64,000 bases of DNA from positions 30,782-94,781 of the forward strand of contig CAMEAQ010000007.1 in the NCBI GenBank assembly GCA_945911275.1, in the 5' to 3' direction. Below the pieces are notes generated by a model. That model saw nothing but the letters and a program-made list of their open reading frames with translations. It had not been told where the DNA came from and ran no database searches. The stretch is from an uncultured bacterium (lineage in GTDB: Bacteria > Bacillota > Clostridia > Lachnospirales > Lachnospiraceae). Positions 18,063 to 28,246 of this stretch are shown in pieces. Position numbers and translations under genes: made by a program. The number at the start of each line of letters is the position of its first letter. Position 1 is the stretch's first letter.

Positions 18063-20243
18063 TTAGTGCTTCTTGATATCACTATAAAAATAGTAGGTTC
18101 CCGCAGTTACCTGATGGCTGACCCCATCAATGATAATGGTTGTATCTACAGGAGTAGTGATTTCATATCTCCAGCAGTTTTCTTCGTGTTTCCATTCGGA
18201 AGACACCAGTCCGTGTCTGGTTTCGATGGATGCTTTTAACCAGTCAAGGCGTGTGTCAGGATAAGGTTTGATCAGGATTTTTTCATATCCGGGTGCGGAT
18301 TCTACGGTATTGATTCCGGCAGCCACTGTGTAGATCCAGTCTGCAACGGAACCGTAGGCATAATGATTGTAGGAGTTCATGTCAGCACTCCAGAAATTAC
18401 CGTCTTCCATGATACCATCCCAATGTTCCCAGATAGTGGTAGCACCTTTGGTTACCGGATAAAGCCAGGATGGATATTCTTCCCGTAATAATAAAGTGTA
18501 AGCCAGTTCCAGATGACCGTACTTACTGAGGACATGTAACAGATACGGTGTGCCGACAAATCCGGTTTCCAGATGATTGCCACAGTCAACAATCATTTTT
18601 GCCAACTGGTCAGCAACAGCCTGACAATCCTTTGCCAGCTGGAAATGAGCAGCAAGAACACATTCTGTCTGTGTATGGTAAATGGGATATTGGCTGCGGA
18701 AAGCGTTCACAATATCAGCATACAGCTTTTCAAATTCAGATACGTCTTCTCCTAACACATTTCCTGCCTTGATAACCAGGGATGTGGAATATGCATAGAA
18801 TGCAGAGGCAATGAAGGATTCATCACTGGAACCTTTATAACTTCCCGATGGGGCATCCAGGCCAAGCCAATCGCCATAGTGTTCGCCGCCGGTCCATAAA
18901 TAAGGAGTTGTGGTATGTGTAGTAATATAGTTTATCCATTTTTTCATGCTGGTAAATTGCTGCTTCAGTATATCAGTATTGCCGTATGCCAGATATACGG
19001 TCCATGGACAGATCGTTGCGGCATCGCCCCAGGCAGAACTTGCATTTGGATTTTGCAGTAAGTCAGGAATTACGTGACCTACATAACCATTTTCCGGTTG
19101 GTCGGCAGCAAGATCGGCAAGCCATTTGGAATAGAACTTTTCGGCATCATAATTCAGACAGGCCGTGCGGACAAATACCTGCGCATCCCCGGTCCATCCC
19201 AGACGTTCGTCCCTCTGTGGACAGTCTGTTGGCACATCTACAAAATTTCCTTTCTGTCCCCAAATGATATTAGAAAAAAGCTTGTTCAGTTTTGTGTTGG
19301 AACAACTGAAATAGCCGGTACGTTTCATGTCCGAATGAACAGCAATAGCGGTAAATGTGTCCAGAGTCACTTTGTCGGTTCCACCCGGAAACTCATTGAC
19401 CCGAATATAACGGAAACCCCAGAAGGTTAGCTTTGGCTTGTAAGTCTGTTTCCCGTCACAGCAAATATAACGATACTGAGCTTTGGCAGAACGGTAGTTT
19501 TCCGTATAGAAGTTGCCCTCTTTATCCATAACTTCGGCAAAGGAAAGATCAAGAACATCTCCTGTTTTCCCTTCCAGCGTGGATTCTACGTAACCGGTCA
19601 CTTCCTGACCAAAATCAATCACAGTTTCTCCTTTGGGAGTTGTAAAAATGCGGGCGGCTGCGATATGTTCCTGTTCACGGATTTCCTCGCCCTGCTGAGG
19701 AATCAGTGTATCAGAAGGACCCTGAAAGCAGACGGCGTTACGATCAAAGGTCGATTCATAAGAAGCATCGTAGATTTCCCCGTCATATATTTCCGAAAAC
19801 CGAATTTTGCTTTCTGCGTACTTCCAGGTTTCATCGGAAATGATGGTTTCACAGGTACCGTCTGCATATTCAAGCATCAGCTGAACAAGAAGACCTGCAG
19901 GCTGTTTCATCAGTGACTCCTGATAGGGAGAGGCCGCAAAGCCGGGCATAGGGCTGCGGTACCATCCTTTACCGACGATAACAGTGAGTTGGTTTTTTCC
20001 TTCTAAAAGATCAGTGACATCATAGGTCTGATATTGAAGTCTTTTGTGATAAGAAGTCCATCCCGGAGCCAGGACAAAATTCCCTACACGTTTCCGGTTC
20101 AACATGGCTTCATAAACTCCAAGAGCTGTGATTGTCATGGCGGCTTTTTTTACCTTACCGGATACAGCAAAATCCTTTAAAAATACGGGTGCTGCATCGC
20201 AGGGATCCATACCGGGTTTGATCCATTTTGCTTTCCAGTTCAT
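18063..20243 (-). CDS. alpha-L-rhamnosidase (GH78)
   Basis: PTDCPQRDERLGWTGDAQ, ATTIWEHW, SYNHYAYG. Confidence 0.93.
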   Translation of the reverse strand: MNWKAKWIKPGMDPCDAAPVFLKDFAVSGKVKKAAMTITALGVYEAMLNRKRVGNFVLAPGWTSYHKRLQYQTYDVTDLLEGKNQLTVIVGKGWYRSPMPGFAASPYQESLMKQPAGLLVQLMLEYADGTCETIISDETWKYAESKIRFSEIYDGEIYDASYESTFDRNAVCFQGPSDTLIPQQGEEIREQEHIAAARIFTTPKGETVIDFGQEVTGYVESTLEGKTGDVLDLSFAEVMDKEGNFYTENYRSAKAQYRYICCDGKQTYKPKLTFWGFRYIRVNEFPGGTDKVTLDTFTAIAVHSDMKRTGYFSCSNTKLNKLFSNIIWGQKGNFVDVPTDCPQRDERLGWTGDAQVFVRTACLNYDAEKFYSKWLADLAADQPENGYVGHVIPDLLQNPNASSAWGDAATICPWTVYLAYGNTDILKQQFTSMKKWINYITTHTTTPYLWTGGEHYGDWLGLDAPSGSYKGSSDESFIASAFYAYSTSLVIKAGNVLGEDVSEFEKLYADIVNAFRSQYPIYHTQTECVLAAHFQLAKDCQAVADQLAKMIVDCGNHLETGFVGTPYLLHVLSKYGHLELAYTLLLREEYPSWLYPVTKGATTIWEHWDGIMEDGNFWSADMNSYNHYAYGSVADWIYTVAAGINTVESAPGYEKILIKPYPDTRLDWLKASIETRHGLVSSEWKHEENCWRYEITTPVDTTIIIDGVSHQVTAGTYYFYSDIKKH

Positions 20244-20400
20244 AATGTGATTACCTCCTTTTTGAAATAGAACGAAATTGTGTGAATTCTATAAATCTTT
20301 CTTGATAATAAATATAGCAGGGTATATGATAATAAAAAACAGTTGTTTTTGATATAAATACAGGGGTATTTTAACCTTATCACGGAAAAGGAGAGAGGAA

Positions 20401-21282
20401 ATGGAGCAGTCCTCTAAAGTATTGTTACAAGAAATAGCACAAAAACCGTCGGATAAACTGGTGGTAAAATATTTTGAGCAGGAAGACACAAATCTGCACG
20501 ATCATGATTGCTTTGAATTGGCTTATGTGGTGGAGGGAAGCGCGGTACAAACATTAAATGGTATGATGGAACCGGTAAGTCAGGGGGCGTATTTCATTAT
20601 TGATTATGGGAGTAAACATAACTATCAGGATTGTAAAAATCTGATACTGATCAATTGCCTTTTTCAGCCGGAAATAGTGAATGCAGCACTGGGAAATTGT
20701 ATTTCTTTTGATGAACTTATGAGAATCTGTATGATCCGTTATTATAAAAATTATCCGGACTGGACACCAGCCGACAGTATTTTTTATGATGAAGATAAGA
20801 GAGTTCTTCGCCTTCTGGAAGAAATGATGGAAGAATATAACCGGCGGGAAATTGGCTATCAGGAGATTTTCCGCGGAAAATTATTTGAAATATTGCTCAT
20901 AACATTGCGTAAAGTGGTGCAGAAAAAGGCAATGGTATCTGTGCGTTCCTGTGAAAAAAGCGACTTAATTCTGGAATCAATAGATTACCTGGATAAAAAT
21001 TACAGAAGTAAGGCACCATTAAGAAGATTCTGTGAGGAAAAACATTATAGCATACAATATGTCAGCAGAAAGTTCAAAAAAGAAACAGGAGTCACTTTTC
21101 TGGAATATCTCCAAAAGGTACGTATCAGAAAAAGCTGTGAGCTGTTGATCGAAAGTGAAATGTTGATTCCGGAGGTGGCTGATCGGGTTGGATATGATGA
21201 CATGAAATATTTTCATCAGATATTTCGTAAAATAGTAGGAATGTCACCTGGGGAATATCGGAAATTGGTTTATAATATATGA
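20401..21282 (+). CDS. AraC family regulator
   Basis: Cupin HDHDCFE; C-terminal double HTH VGYDDMKYFHQIFRKIVGMSPGEYRK; divergent from GH78. Confidence 0.92.
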   Translation: MEQSSKVLLQEIAQKPSDKLVVKYFEQEDTNLHDHDCFELAYVVEGSAVQTLNGMMEPVSQGAYFIIDYGSKHNYQDCKNLILINCLFQPEIVNAALGNCISFDELMRICMIRYYKNYPDWTPADSIFYDEDKRVLRLLEEMMEEYNRREIGYQEIFRGKLFEILLITLRKVVQKKAMVSVRSCEKSDLILESIDYLDKNYRSKAPLRRFCEEKHYSIQYVSRKFKKETGVTFLEYLQKVRIRKSCELLIESEMLIPEVADRVGYDDMKYFHQIFRKIVGMSPGEYRKLVYNI

Positions 21283-21366
21283 AAAATGATGGAAAGACAG
21301 TAATGATTCCGACAAGAAAAGAGAAGGTGGCAGGTTTCACAATCTTTACAATATTAAAAGAACCAG

Positions 21367-21395
21367 TTGAAAAAAAAAATAATTTGCCATATAAT
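21367..21395 (+). promoter_or_regulatory. sigmaA promoter of the thiC leader
   Basis: TTGAAA-17 nt-TATAAT. Confidence 0.7.
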
Positions 21396-21404
21396 AATTA
21401 AGTA

Positions 21405-21536
21405 ATCAAAGGGGAGCTGACTGAAGTCGGCTGAGAGGAAACTGATTGGTTTCGACCCATAACCTGATTTGGATAATGCCAACGTAGGGACATAACACCA
21501 GTATATGATGGAGATGCCTGCGGGTGTCTCCTTTTT
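21405..21536 (+). ncRNA. TPP riboswitch with terminator
   Basis: GGGGAG...CTGAGAG...GACCC.TAACCTGAT.TGGATAATGCCA.CGTAGGGA; terminator GGAGATGCC/GGTGTCTCC plus T-tract. Confidence 0.95.
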
Positions 21537-21663
21537 AGGTTTTCCTATAATCGGAAATTGTTTTCAGGTAATAGGAACGCATACATACAGCGGCAGATTG
21601 GGGACACCACCTTTTGTCGTTTTTTATCAAGTACACCTTGATGTACTTGATGCGAGATGTGCG

Positions 21664-21724
21664 GTGCAAAGCCCCTCATGAGTGAGCGATATGGGGAGTT
21701 GAAGTGGGCTTACCCACTTTGTTC
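21664..21724 (+). repeat. diverged 3' fragment of the 177-bp repeat, copy 3
   Basis: GCCCCTCATGAGTGAG..ATATGGGGAGTTGAAGTGGG....CCCACTTTGTTC matches the repeat 3' end; flanked by the inverted repeat GAGATGTG/CACATCTC. Confidence 0.85.
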
Positions 21725-21800
21725 CACATCTCTGTAATCCTTTGGAGGGTATATCTTCGAAGGAGATAGTTGCATAAGTGTTTGGAATGGAGGAAAGGAA

Positions 21801-23111
21801 ATGGAAAACTACACAACACAAATGGATGCAGCCAGAAAAGGCGTCATTACACCACAGATTGAGACTGTTGCAAAAAAAGAACATATGCCGGTAGAGCAGC
21901 TGATGAAGCTTGTAGCGGAAGGGAAGGTTGCGATTCCTGCCAACAAGCATCACAAATGTCTGGATCCTGAGGGCGTGGGCAGCATGCTGCGTACGAAAAT
22001 TAATGTAAATCTCGGTGTGTCAAGAGACTGCAAAGACTACAATATTGAGATGGAAAAAGTTATGAGTGCGGTAAATCTGGGAGCTGAGGCCATCATGGAT
22101 TTATCCAGTCATGGAAATACACAGCCGTTTCGTCAGAAACTTACCGGAGAATGTCCGGTCATGATCGGTACCGTTCCGGTATATGACAGTGTGATTCATT
22201 ATCAAAGAGATCTGGCTACGCTGACAGCAAAAGACTTTATTGATGTTGTTCGTCTTCATGCGGAAGATGGTGTGGATTTTGTTACTCTGCATTGTGGAAT
22301 CACCAGAAAGACGATTGAGCAGATTCGTAAACATAAACGGAAAATGAATATCGTAAGCCGCGGAGGAAGCCTTGTATTTGCATGGATGAGCATGACAGGG
22401 GAAGAAAATCCATTTTATGAATATTATGATGAGATTCTGGAAATTTGCGAAGAACATGACGTTACCATTTCTCTTGGCGATGCCTGCCGTCCGGGATGTC
22501 TTGCGGATGCTACCGATGTGTGCCAGATTGAAGAATTGGTTCGTCTGGGCGAATTGACCAAACGTGCGTGGGATCACAATGTACAGGTTATGGTGGAGGG
22601 ACCGGGACATGTGCCGCTGGATCAGGTAGCAGCCAATATGGAAGTGCAGAAGAGTATCTGTATGGGAGCACCGTTTTATGTACTTGGACCTCTGGTAACG
22701 GATATCGCACCGGGATATGATCATATCACAGCAGCAATTGGCGGTGCAGTTGCAGCAATGAGCGGAGCAGCATTCCTGTGTTATGTGACTCCGGCGGAGC
22801 ATCTGGCTCTTCCGAACGTGGATGATGTCAAACAGGGAATCATTGCTTCCAAGATAGCAGCACATGCGGCTGATATTGCAAAAGGAATTCCGGGAGCAAG
22901 GGATATCGATGATAAGATGGCAGATGCCAGAAGAGCTCTTGACTGGGAGGCACAGTTTGCCTGTGCCCTGGATCCGGAAACAGCGAAAGCCATCCGTGAT
23001 GACCGTCTGCCGGAAGATGATCACAGTGACACCTGCAGTATGTGCGGAAAATTCTGTGCAGTCCGCAGTATGAATAAAGCGCTGGCCGGAGAATATATCG
23101 ATATTTTATAA
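21801..23111 (+). CDS. thiC: phosphomethylpyrimidine synthase ThiC
   Basis: [38 protein letters not shown]; TPP riboswitch upstream. Confidence 0.97.
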   Translation: MENYTTQMDAARKGVITPQIETVAKKEHMPVEQLMKLVAEGKVAIPANKHHKCLDPEGVGSMLRTKINVNLGVSRDCKDYNIEMEKVMSAVNLGAEAIMDLSSHGNTQPFRQKLTGECPVMIGTVPVYDSVIHYQRDLATLTAKDFIDVVRLHAEDGVDFVTLHCGITRKTIEQIRKHKRKMNIVSRGGSLVFAWMSMTGEENPFYEYYDEILEICEEHDVTISLGDACRPGCLADATDVCQIEELVRLGELTKRAWDHNVQVMVEGPGHVPLDQVAANMEVQKSICMGAPFYVLGPLVTDIAPGYDHITAAIGGAVAAMSGAAFLCYVTPAEHLALPNVDDVKQGIIASKIAAHAADIAKGIPGARDIDDKMADARRALDWEAQFACALDPETAKAIRDDRLPEDDHSDTCSMCGKFCAVRSMNKALAGEYIDIL

Positions 23112-23149
23112 AAAGTATATTTGATTTGTTATAGAGGTAAATGTATTGA

Positions 23150-23179
23150 GGCTGATAATAGTATATACTGTTATCAGCC
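23150..23179 (+). repeat. GGCTGATA...TATCAGCC hairpin family copy 3
   Basis: GGCTGATAATAGTAT/ATACTGTTATCAGCC, one T-G pair; 39 nt after the thiC stop. Confidence 0.65.
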
Positions 23180-23250
23180 AATGTACTTTATTGACCATAT
23201 AAATCTGCCAGAAAAATATTTTCGTTATTGTTCAAGTGTTTTCGGACTAT

Positions 23251-23518
23251 TAAGCAAAGTTCCCGGTTGCGGACTTTGCTTATTCTGTTATACTGGATAT
23301 ATAATGAGACAAGGGACAAAAGGTCAGTCGCGACATGCTTGCATGTCTGTGACTGACTTTGGGGACCGCAAAAACATGAGAAAGTCTCATCCCATTTGTC
23401 GGGCAAATCATATAATGATGCCTGGATCAAAAGTCTTTGACTCTGGCATCATATGAATGTCAACAAATGTTCTGGTAACTCTGGGCAGCAAAGGGTGCAC
23501 AGAGTTCATTGCCGGAAC
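23251..23518 (+). other. array of tandem hairpins (candidate structured ncRNA/leader or REP mosaic)
   Basis: Six stem-loops at 23251-82, 23319-60, 23376-90, 23394-408, 23409-55, 23470-518. Confidence 0.5.
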
Positions 23519-23563
23519 GGACAGAAGTAGATACAATTTTGATATAAATTCGGGAGGTTTGAC

Positions 23564-25678
23564 ATGACAGACAGACAACAGGCCAGAGAACAGGCCAGAA
23601 AACGGGCGGAAGAGTTGGTAGGGAGGATGACACTGGAAGAGAAAGCGTCACAGCTTCGGTATGATGCACCGGCGATTCCACGGCTGAAGGTACCGGCTTA
23701 TAACTGGTGGAATGAGGCACTTCACGGTGTTGCGAGAGCAGGCACTGCAACCAGTTTTCCTCAGGCGATCGGTATGGCAGCGGCATTTGATGAAGAACTG
23801 ATGAAAGAGGTAGGAGATGCAATTGCTCTGGAAGGAAGAGCAAAATACAATTCTTACAGCAAACAGGGTGACAGAGATATCTATAAAGGACTTACCTTCT
23901 GGTCACCCAATGTGAATATTTTCCGTGATCCCAGATGGGGGAGAGGTCATGAGACTTACGGAGAGGATCCTTATCTGACCGGAAAGCTGGGTGTAAGCTT
24001 TATCAAAGGACTGCAGGGAGAAGGAGCGGAATTGAAGGCGGCTGCCTGTGCCAAACATTTTGCGGTCCATAGCGGACCGGAAGATCTGCGGCACGAATTT
24101 GACGCGCAGGTTTCAGCGAAGAATTTGTGGGAAACCTATCTTCCTGCATTTGAGGCCTGTGTCAGAGAAGGAGAAGTGGAAGCTGTGATGGGTGCCTACA
24201 ACAGAACTAATGGAGAACCTTGCTGCGGACATACCGTTCTGATGGAAGAGATTCTCAGAGGAAAATGGGATTTCCAGGGACATTTTGTGTCGGACTGCTG
24301 GGCAATCAAGGATTTCCATACCGGTCATATGGTTACGAATACAGCCCCGGAATCAGCAGCACTGGCACTGAAAAAGGGGTGTGACGTAAACTGTGGCAAT
24401 ACTTATCTTCATATCCTGAAAGCGTACCAGTTGGGGCTTGTGACAGAAGATGAGATTACCCAGGCAGCAGTAAGATTGTTTACTACCCGTTTCCTTCTGG
24501 GCTTATTTGACGAGACAGAATATGATACCATTTCTTATGATATGGTGGAATGTAAGGAACATCTGGAACTGGCAGCAAAAGCCGCCAGGGAAAGCATGGT
24601 TCTTCTGAAAAATAATGATATTTTACCACTGGACAAAGAGCAGGTAAAGACCATCGGTGTGATCGGACCCAATGCGGACAGCCGCAGGGTTATGATCGGG
24701 AATTATTATGGAACTTCTTCTCATTATACGACTGTGCTGGAGGGAATTCAGAAAGAAGCCGGGGAAGAAATCCGTGTTCTGTATGCGGAAGGATGTCATC
24801 TTTATAAAGACAGAGTGGAGGGGCTTGCCATGAGACAGGATCGTCTGTCAGAAGCGATGATCGTGGCAGCAAACAGTGATGTAGTGGTACTGTGTCTCGG
24901 TCTGGATGAAACCCTTGAAGGAGAAGAGATGGATCAGGGAAATGGTGTCGGCAGTGGAGACAAACAGGATCTGCTTCTTCCGGAAGTACAGAGAGAATTG
25001 CTGGACAGACTTCTGGAACAGAGCACACCGGTCATTTTGTGCCTGATGGCAGGAAGTGCTCTTGATATCAGCAATGCGAATGAAAAAGCGGCAGCAATCT
25101 TACAGACATGGTATCCGGGAGCCGGCGGAGGAAAACAGGTTGCAGAAGTCCTGTTCGGAAAGATCTCACCGTCAGGAAAACTTCCGGTCACATTCTACCA
25201 TAATGAGGATCTGACATATATGCCTGCATTTACGGATTACTCGATGAAGGGAAGAACCTATCGGTATCTGGACCGCAAGCCACTGTATCCGTTTGGTTAT
25301 GGGCTTACCTATGGAAATGTAAAAGTGAAAGAGGTGCAGGTAAGTACTGAAGATGGAGTAAGTTTACAGATACAGGTGAAAAATGAAGGAATCAGAGCGA
25401 CAGAAGATGTAGTTGAAGTTTACATAAAAAATCTGGAATCTGCATACGCTGTGAAAAATCACAGTCTCTGCGGATTTGCCCGGGTAGAGCTGGAACCGGG
25501 AGAAGAAAAGAAAATCGAAATATCCATTCCGGAATCCGCATTTATGGTGATAGATGATAGCGGAGAGAAAAGGAGAGACGGAAACAGATTCCGGCTATCT
25601 GCAGGTACCAGTCAGCCGGATGAAAGAAGCTTTGAACTGACCGGAATACATCCGGTGGAAGTTGAGATAGAAATCTAA
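23564..25678 (+). CDS. GH3 beta-xylosidase/beta-glucosidase
   Basis: WWNEALHGV, WGRGHETYGEDP, KHFAVH, VSDCWA, PSGKLPVTFY, C-terminal Fn3-like domain. Confidence 0.93.
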   Translation: MTDRQQAREQARKRAEELVGRMTLEEKASQLRYDAPAIPRLKVPAYNWWNEALHGVARAGTATSFPQAIGMAAAFDEELMKEVGDAIALEGRAKYNSYSKQGDRDIYKGLTFWSPNVNIFRDPRWGRGHETYGEDPYLTGKLGVSFIKGLQGEGAELKAAACAKHFAVHSGPEDLRHEFDAQVSAKNLWETYLPAFEACVREGEVEAVMGAYNRTNGEPCCGHTVLMEEILRGKWDFQGHFVSDCWAIKDFHTGHMVTNTAPESAALALKKGCDVNCGNTYLHILKAYQLGLVTEDEITQAAVRLFTTRFLLGLFDETEYDTISYDMVECKEHLELAAKAARESMVLLKNNDILPLDKEQVKTIGVIGPNADSRRVMIGNYYGTSSHYTTVLEGIQKEAGEEIRVLYAEGCHLYKDRVEGLAMRQDRLSEAMIVAANSDVVVLCLGLDETLEGEEMDQGNGVGSGDKQDLLLPEVQRELLDRLLEQSTPVILCLMAGSALDISNANEKAAAILQTWYPGAGGGKQVAEVLFGKISPSGKLPVTFYHNEDLTYMPAFTDYSMKGRTYRYLDRKPLYPFGYGLTYGNVKVKEVQVSTEDGVSLQIQVKNEGIRATEDVVEVYIKNLESAYAVKNHSLCGFARVELEPGEEKKIEISIPESAFMVIDDSGEKRRDGNRFRLSAGTSQPDERSFELTGIHPVEVEIEI

Positions 25679-25695
25679 GAAAAGGAGTGAATTAA

Positions 25696-26301
25696 ATGGA
25701 TTTTGAAAATGTAAAGAAAAACCTGGAGAAGCATGGATTTAAAGTATCCTGCTTTGATACTGCAAAAGAGGCAGCTGATTATATTGATTCTCAGTTGGAT
25801 AACAAAAGTATCGGTTTTGGAGGATCGGTTACACTGGATCAGATGGGGCTTTATGAGCGCTTGTCTGTCCACAATCAGGTCAGTTGGCACTGGAGAATGC
25901 CGGAAGGGATGACAGGTTCGGAAGTAATTAAGCAGGAAGGTTCTGCAGAAATATATTTTTCTTCCGTCAATGGACTGGCAGAAACCGGAGAAATCATCAA
26001 TATTGATGGAACTTGCAATCGAATTGCTGATATTTTTTACGGGCATGAAAAAGTCTATCTGGTTGCCGGAGAAAATAAAATCGAGGAAAATTTTCACAGC
26101 GCACTTTCCCGTGCAAGAAATATTGCTGCTCCGTTAAATGCAAAACGATTGGGGAAGAAAACGCCGTGTGCTCTCAAAGGAGATCGCTGCTACGACTGTG
26201 ACAGCCCGGAAAGAATCTGCCGCGGTCTGTCTGTGCTATGGGAGAAACCGGGTGCAGGGGAATTTGAAGTTATCTTGATTCACGAGAATCTTGGATATTA
26301 A
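25696..26301 (+). CDS. LUD domain (LutC/YkgG-like) protein
   Basis: SSVNGLAETGEIINIDGTCNR; C-terminal CYDC...RIC. Confidence 0.8.
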   Translation: MDFENVKKNLEKHGFKVSCFDTAKEAADYIDSQLDNKSIGFGGSVTLDQMGLYERLSVHNQVSWHWRMPEGMTGSEVIKQEGSAEIYFSSVNGLAETGEIINIDGTCNRIADIFYGHEKVYLVAGENKIEENFHSALSRARNIAAPLNAKRLGKKTPCALKGDRCYDCDSPERICRGLSVLWEKPGAGEFEVILIHENLGY

Positions 26302-26302
26302 G

Positions 26303-27214
26303 ATGAAGATATCGGTGAAAGAAAATCACAGCTGCACGCTTTGTCCCAGAATGTGCCGTGTGGACAGAGACAGCGGACAGAAAGGTTACTGTCGAATGGA
26401 CAGCACGGTGCGTGGAGCAAGAGCAGCGCTGCACATGTGGGAAGAACCTTGTATCTCGGGAGAAAAAGGCTCGGGTGCAGTGTTCTTTTCCGGATGTACG
26501 CTGGGTTGTGTGTTCTGTCAGAACCGACAGATTGCAGATGGAACCTGCGGAAAAGAGACATCGGTGGAAAGACTCAGTGATATATTTCTGGAGCTGCAGG
26601 AGAAAGGCGCAGCAAACATTAATCTTGTCACAGCATCTCATTTTGTCCTTCCGGTGATTCCGGCACTGGAATATGCGAAAAGTCATGGCCTGAAGATTCC
26701 AGTGGTATATAATACCGGAGGATATGAAAAGGTGGAGACACTGCGGATGCTGGAAGGAATTGTAGATGTGTGGCTGCCGGATTTTAAGTATATGGATTCG
26801 GAATTGAGTGAGAAATATTCTCGTGCAAAAGACTATCCTGAGGTGGCGGCTCGCGCACTGGAAGAAATGGTACGTCAGGCAGGAAACTGTATTTTTGATG
26901 AGGCAGGATATATACAAAAAGGTGTGATCGTACGTCATCTGATTCTGCCCGGTCATACGGAGGATTCCAAAGCGGTGCTGCAATATCTGTATGAAACCTA
27001 TAAGAACAAGATTTATATCAGTGTGATGAATCAGTATACACCGCTGCCCCATACGGCAGATATGCCTCCCTTAAATCGGAAGGTAACAAAACGGGAATAT
27101 GATAGAGTACTTGATTATGCCCTTTCATTGGGAATTGAGCAGGGGTATTTTCAGGAAGGCGAAACAGCGGAAGAAAGTTTTATTCCGCTGTTTGATTATG
27201 AAGGATTATCTTGA
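26303..27214 (+). CDS. radical SAM protein, PflX-like
   Basis: CTLGCVFCQN CxxxCxxC motif, N-terminal CTLCPRMC, YNTGGYE, RHLILPG. Confidence 0.88.
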   Translation: MKISVKENHSCTLCPRMCRVDRDSGQKGYCRMDSTVRGARAALHMWEEPCISGEKGSGAVFFSGCTLGCVFCQNRQIADGTCGKETSVERLSDIFLELQEKGAANINLVTASHFVLPVIPALEYAKSHGLKIPVVYNTGGYEKVETLRMLEGIVDVWLPDFKYMDSELSEKYSRAKDYPEVAARALEEMVRQAGNCIFDEAGYIQKGVIVRHLILPGHTEDSKAVLQYLYETYKNKIYISVMNQYTPLPHTADMPPLNRKVTKREYDRVLDYALSLGIEQGYFQEGETAEESFIPLFDYEGLS

Positions 27215-27226
27215 AAGGAGTAAATT

Positions 27227-28201
27227 ATGAAAGTTTCAATATTAGGTCCTGGCGGGATCGCCAGATGTATGGCAACAGCAATACAGGGATTAAAAGAGCA
27301 GGGAGTAGAGGCATATGCAGTAGCTTCCAGGAATCTGGAGAGAGCAAAAGCATTTGCGGATGAATGGGGATTTGAGAAAGCATATGGTTCTTATGAAGAA
27401 ATGCTGGAGGACCCGGAGGTGGAACTGGTTTATGTATCCACACCTCATTCCCATCATTACCAGTATGCGAAGATGTGTTTGGAGCATGGAAAGCATGTGC
27501 TGGTAGAAAAGGCCTTTACAGTAAATGCTGTACAGGCAGAAGAACTGATTCGCATGTCGGAAGAAAAAAATCTTCTTCTTGCAGAGGCAATCTGGACAAG
27601 ATATATGCCAAGCAGAAAAATGATCGATGACATTGTAGAAAGCGGTGTGATCGGTGATGTTACATCTTTGACAGCAAATCTGGGATATCCGCTGAAACAT
27701 GTGGAGCGTCTGCAGAATCCGGAACTTGCAGGCGGAGCACTTCTGGATTTGGGGGTATATCCGATCAATTTTGCACTTATGGTATTCCATGGAGAGGTGA
27801 AAGAGGTACAGTCCACAGCCGTCATGTCACCAAAGGGGATTGACTGGATGAACAGCATTACATTGACGTTTGATGACGGGAAAATGGCAGTTCTTCACAG
27901 CAACATGCTGGCATTGCCGGATCGGGAAGGCGTGATCAACGGAGAAAAAGGATATATTGAAATCCAGAATATTAATAATTGTGAGGAAATCCGTGTTTAC
28001 GATGAAAATCGTCAGGTGAAAGAGCGGTATCAGGTACCGGAGCAGATCAACGGATATGAATATGAAGTTCTTGCATGCAAACAGGCTATTTTGGATGGAA
28101 AATGTGAGTGTCCACAGATGCCTCACAGTGAAATCCTCAGAGTGATGAGAATGATGGATCAGATCAGAGAAAGCTGGGGCATGAAATTTCCCTGCGAATA
28201 G
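27227..28201 (+). CDS. Gfo/Idh/MocA family oxidoreductase
   Basis: LGPGGIA Rossmann motif, HVLVEKAF, GGALLDLGVY. Confidence 0.92.
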   Translation: MKVSILGPGGIARCMATAIQGLKEQGVEAYAVASRNLERAKAFADEWGFEKAYGSYEEMLEDPEVELVYVSTPHSHHYQYAKMCLEHGKHVLVEKAFTVNAVQAEELIRMSEEKNLLLAEAIWTRYMPSRKMIDDIVESGVIGDVTSLTANLGYPLKHVERLQNPELAGGALLDLGVYPINFALMVFHGEVKEVQSTAVMSPKGIDWMNSITLTFDDGKMAVLHSNMLALPDREGVINGEKGYIEIQNINNCEEIRVYDENRQVKERYQVPEQINGYEYEVLACKQAILDGKCECPQMPHSEILRVMRMMDQIRESWGMKFPCE

Positions 28202-28246
28202 TCAGAAAACAGAGAAAGTGGAACTGAAAGAAGCGAGAGGAGCCAT

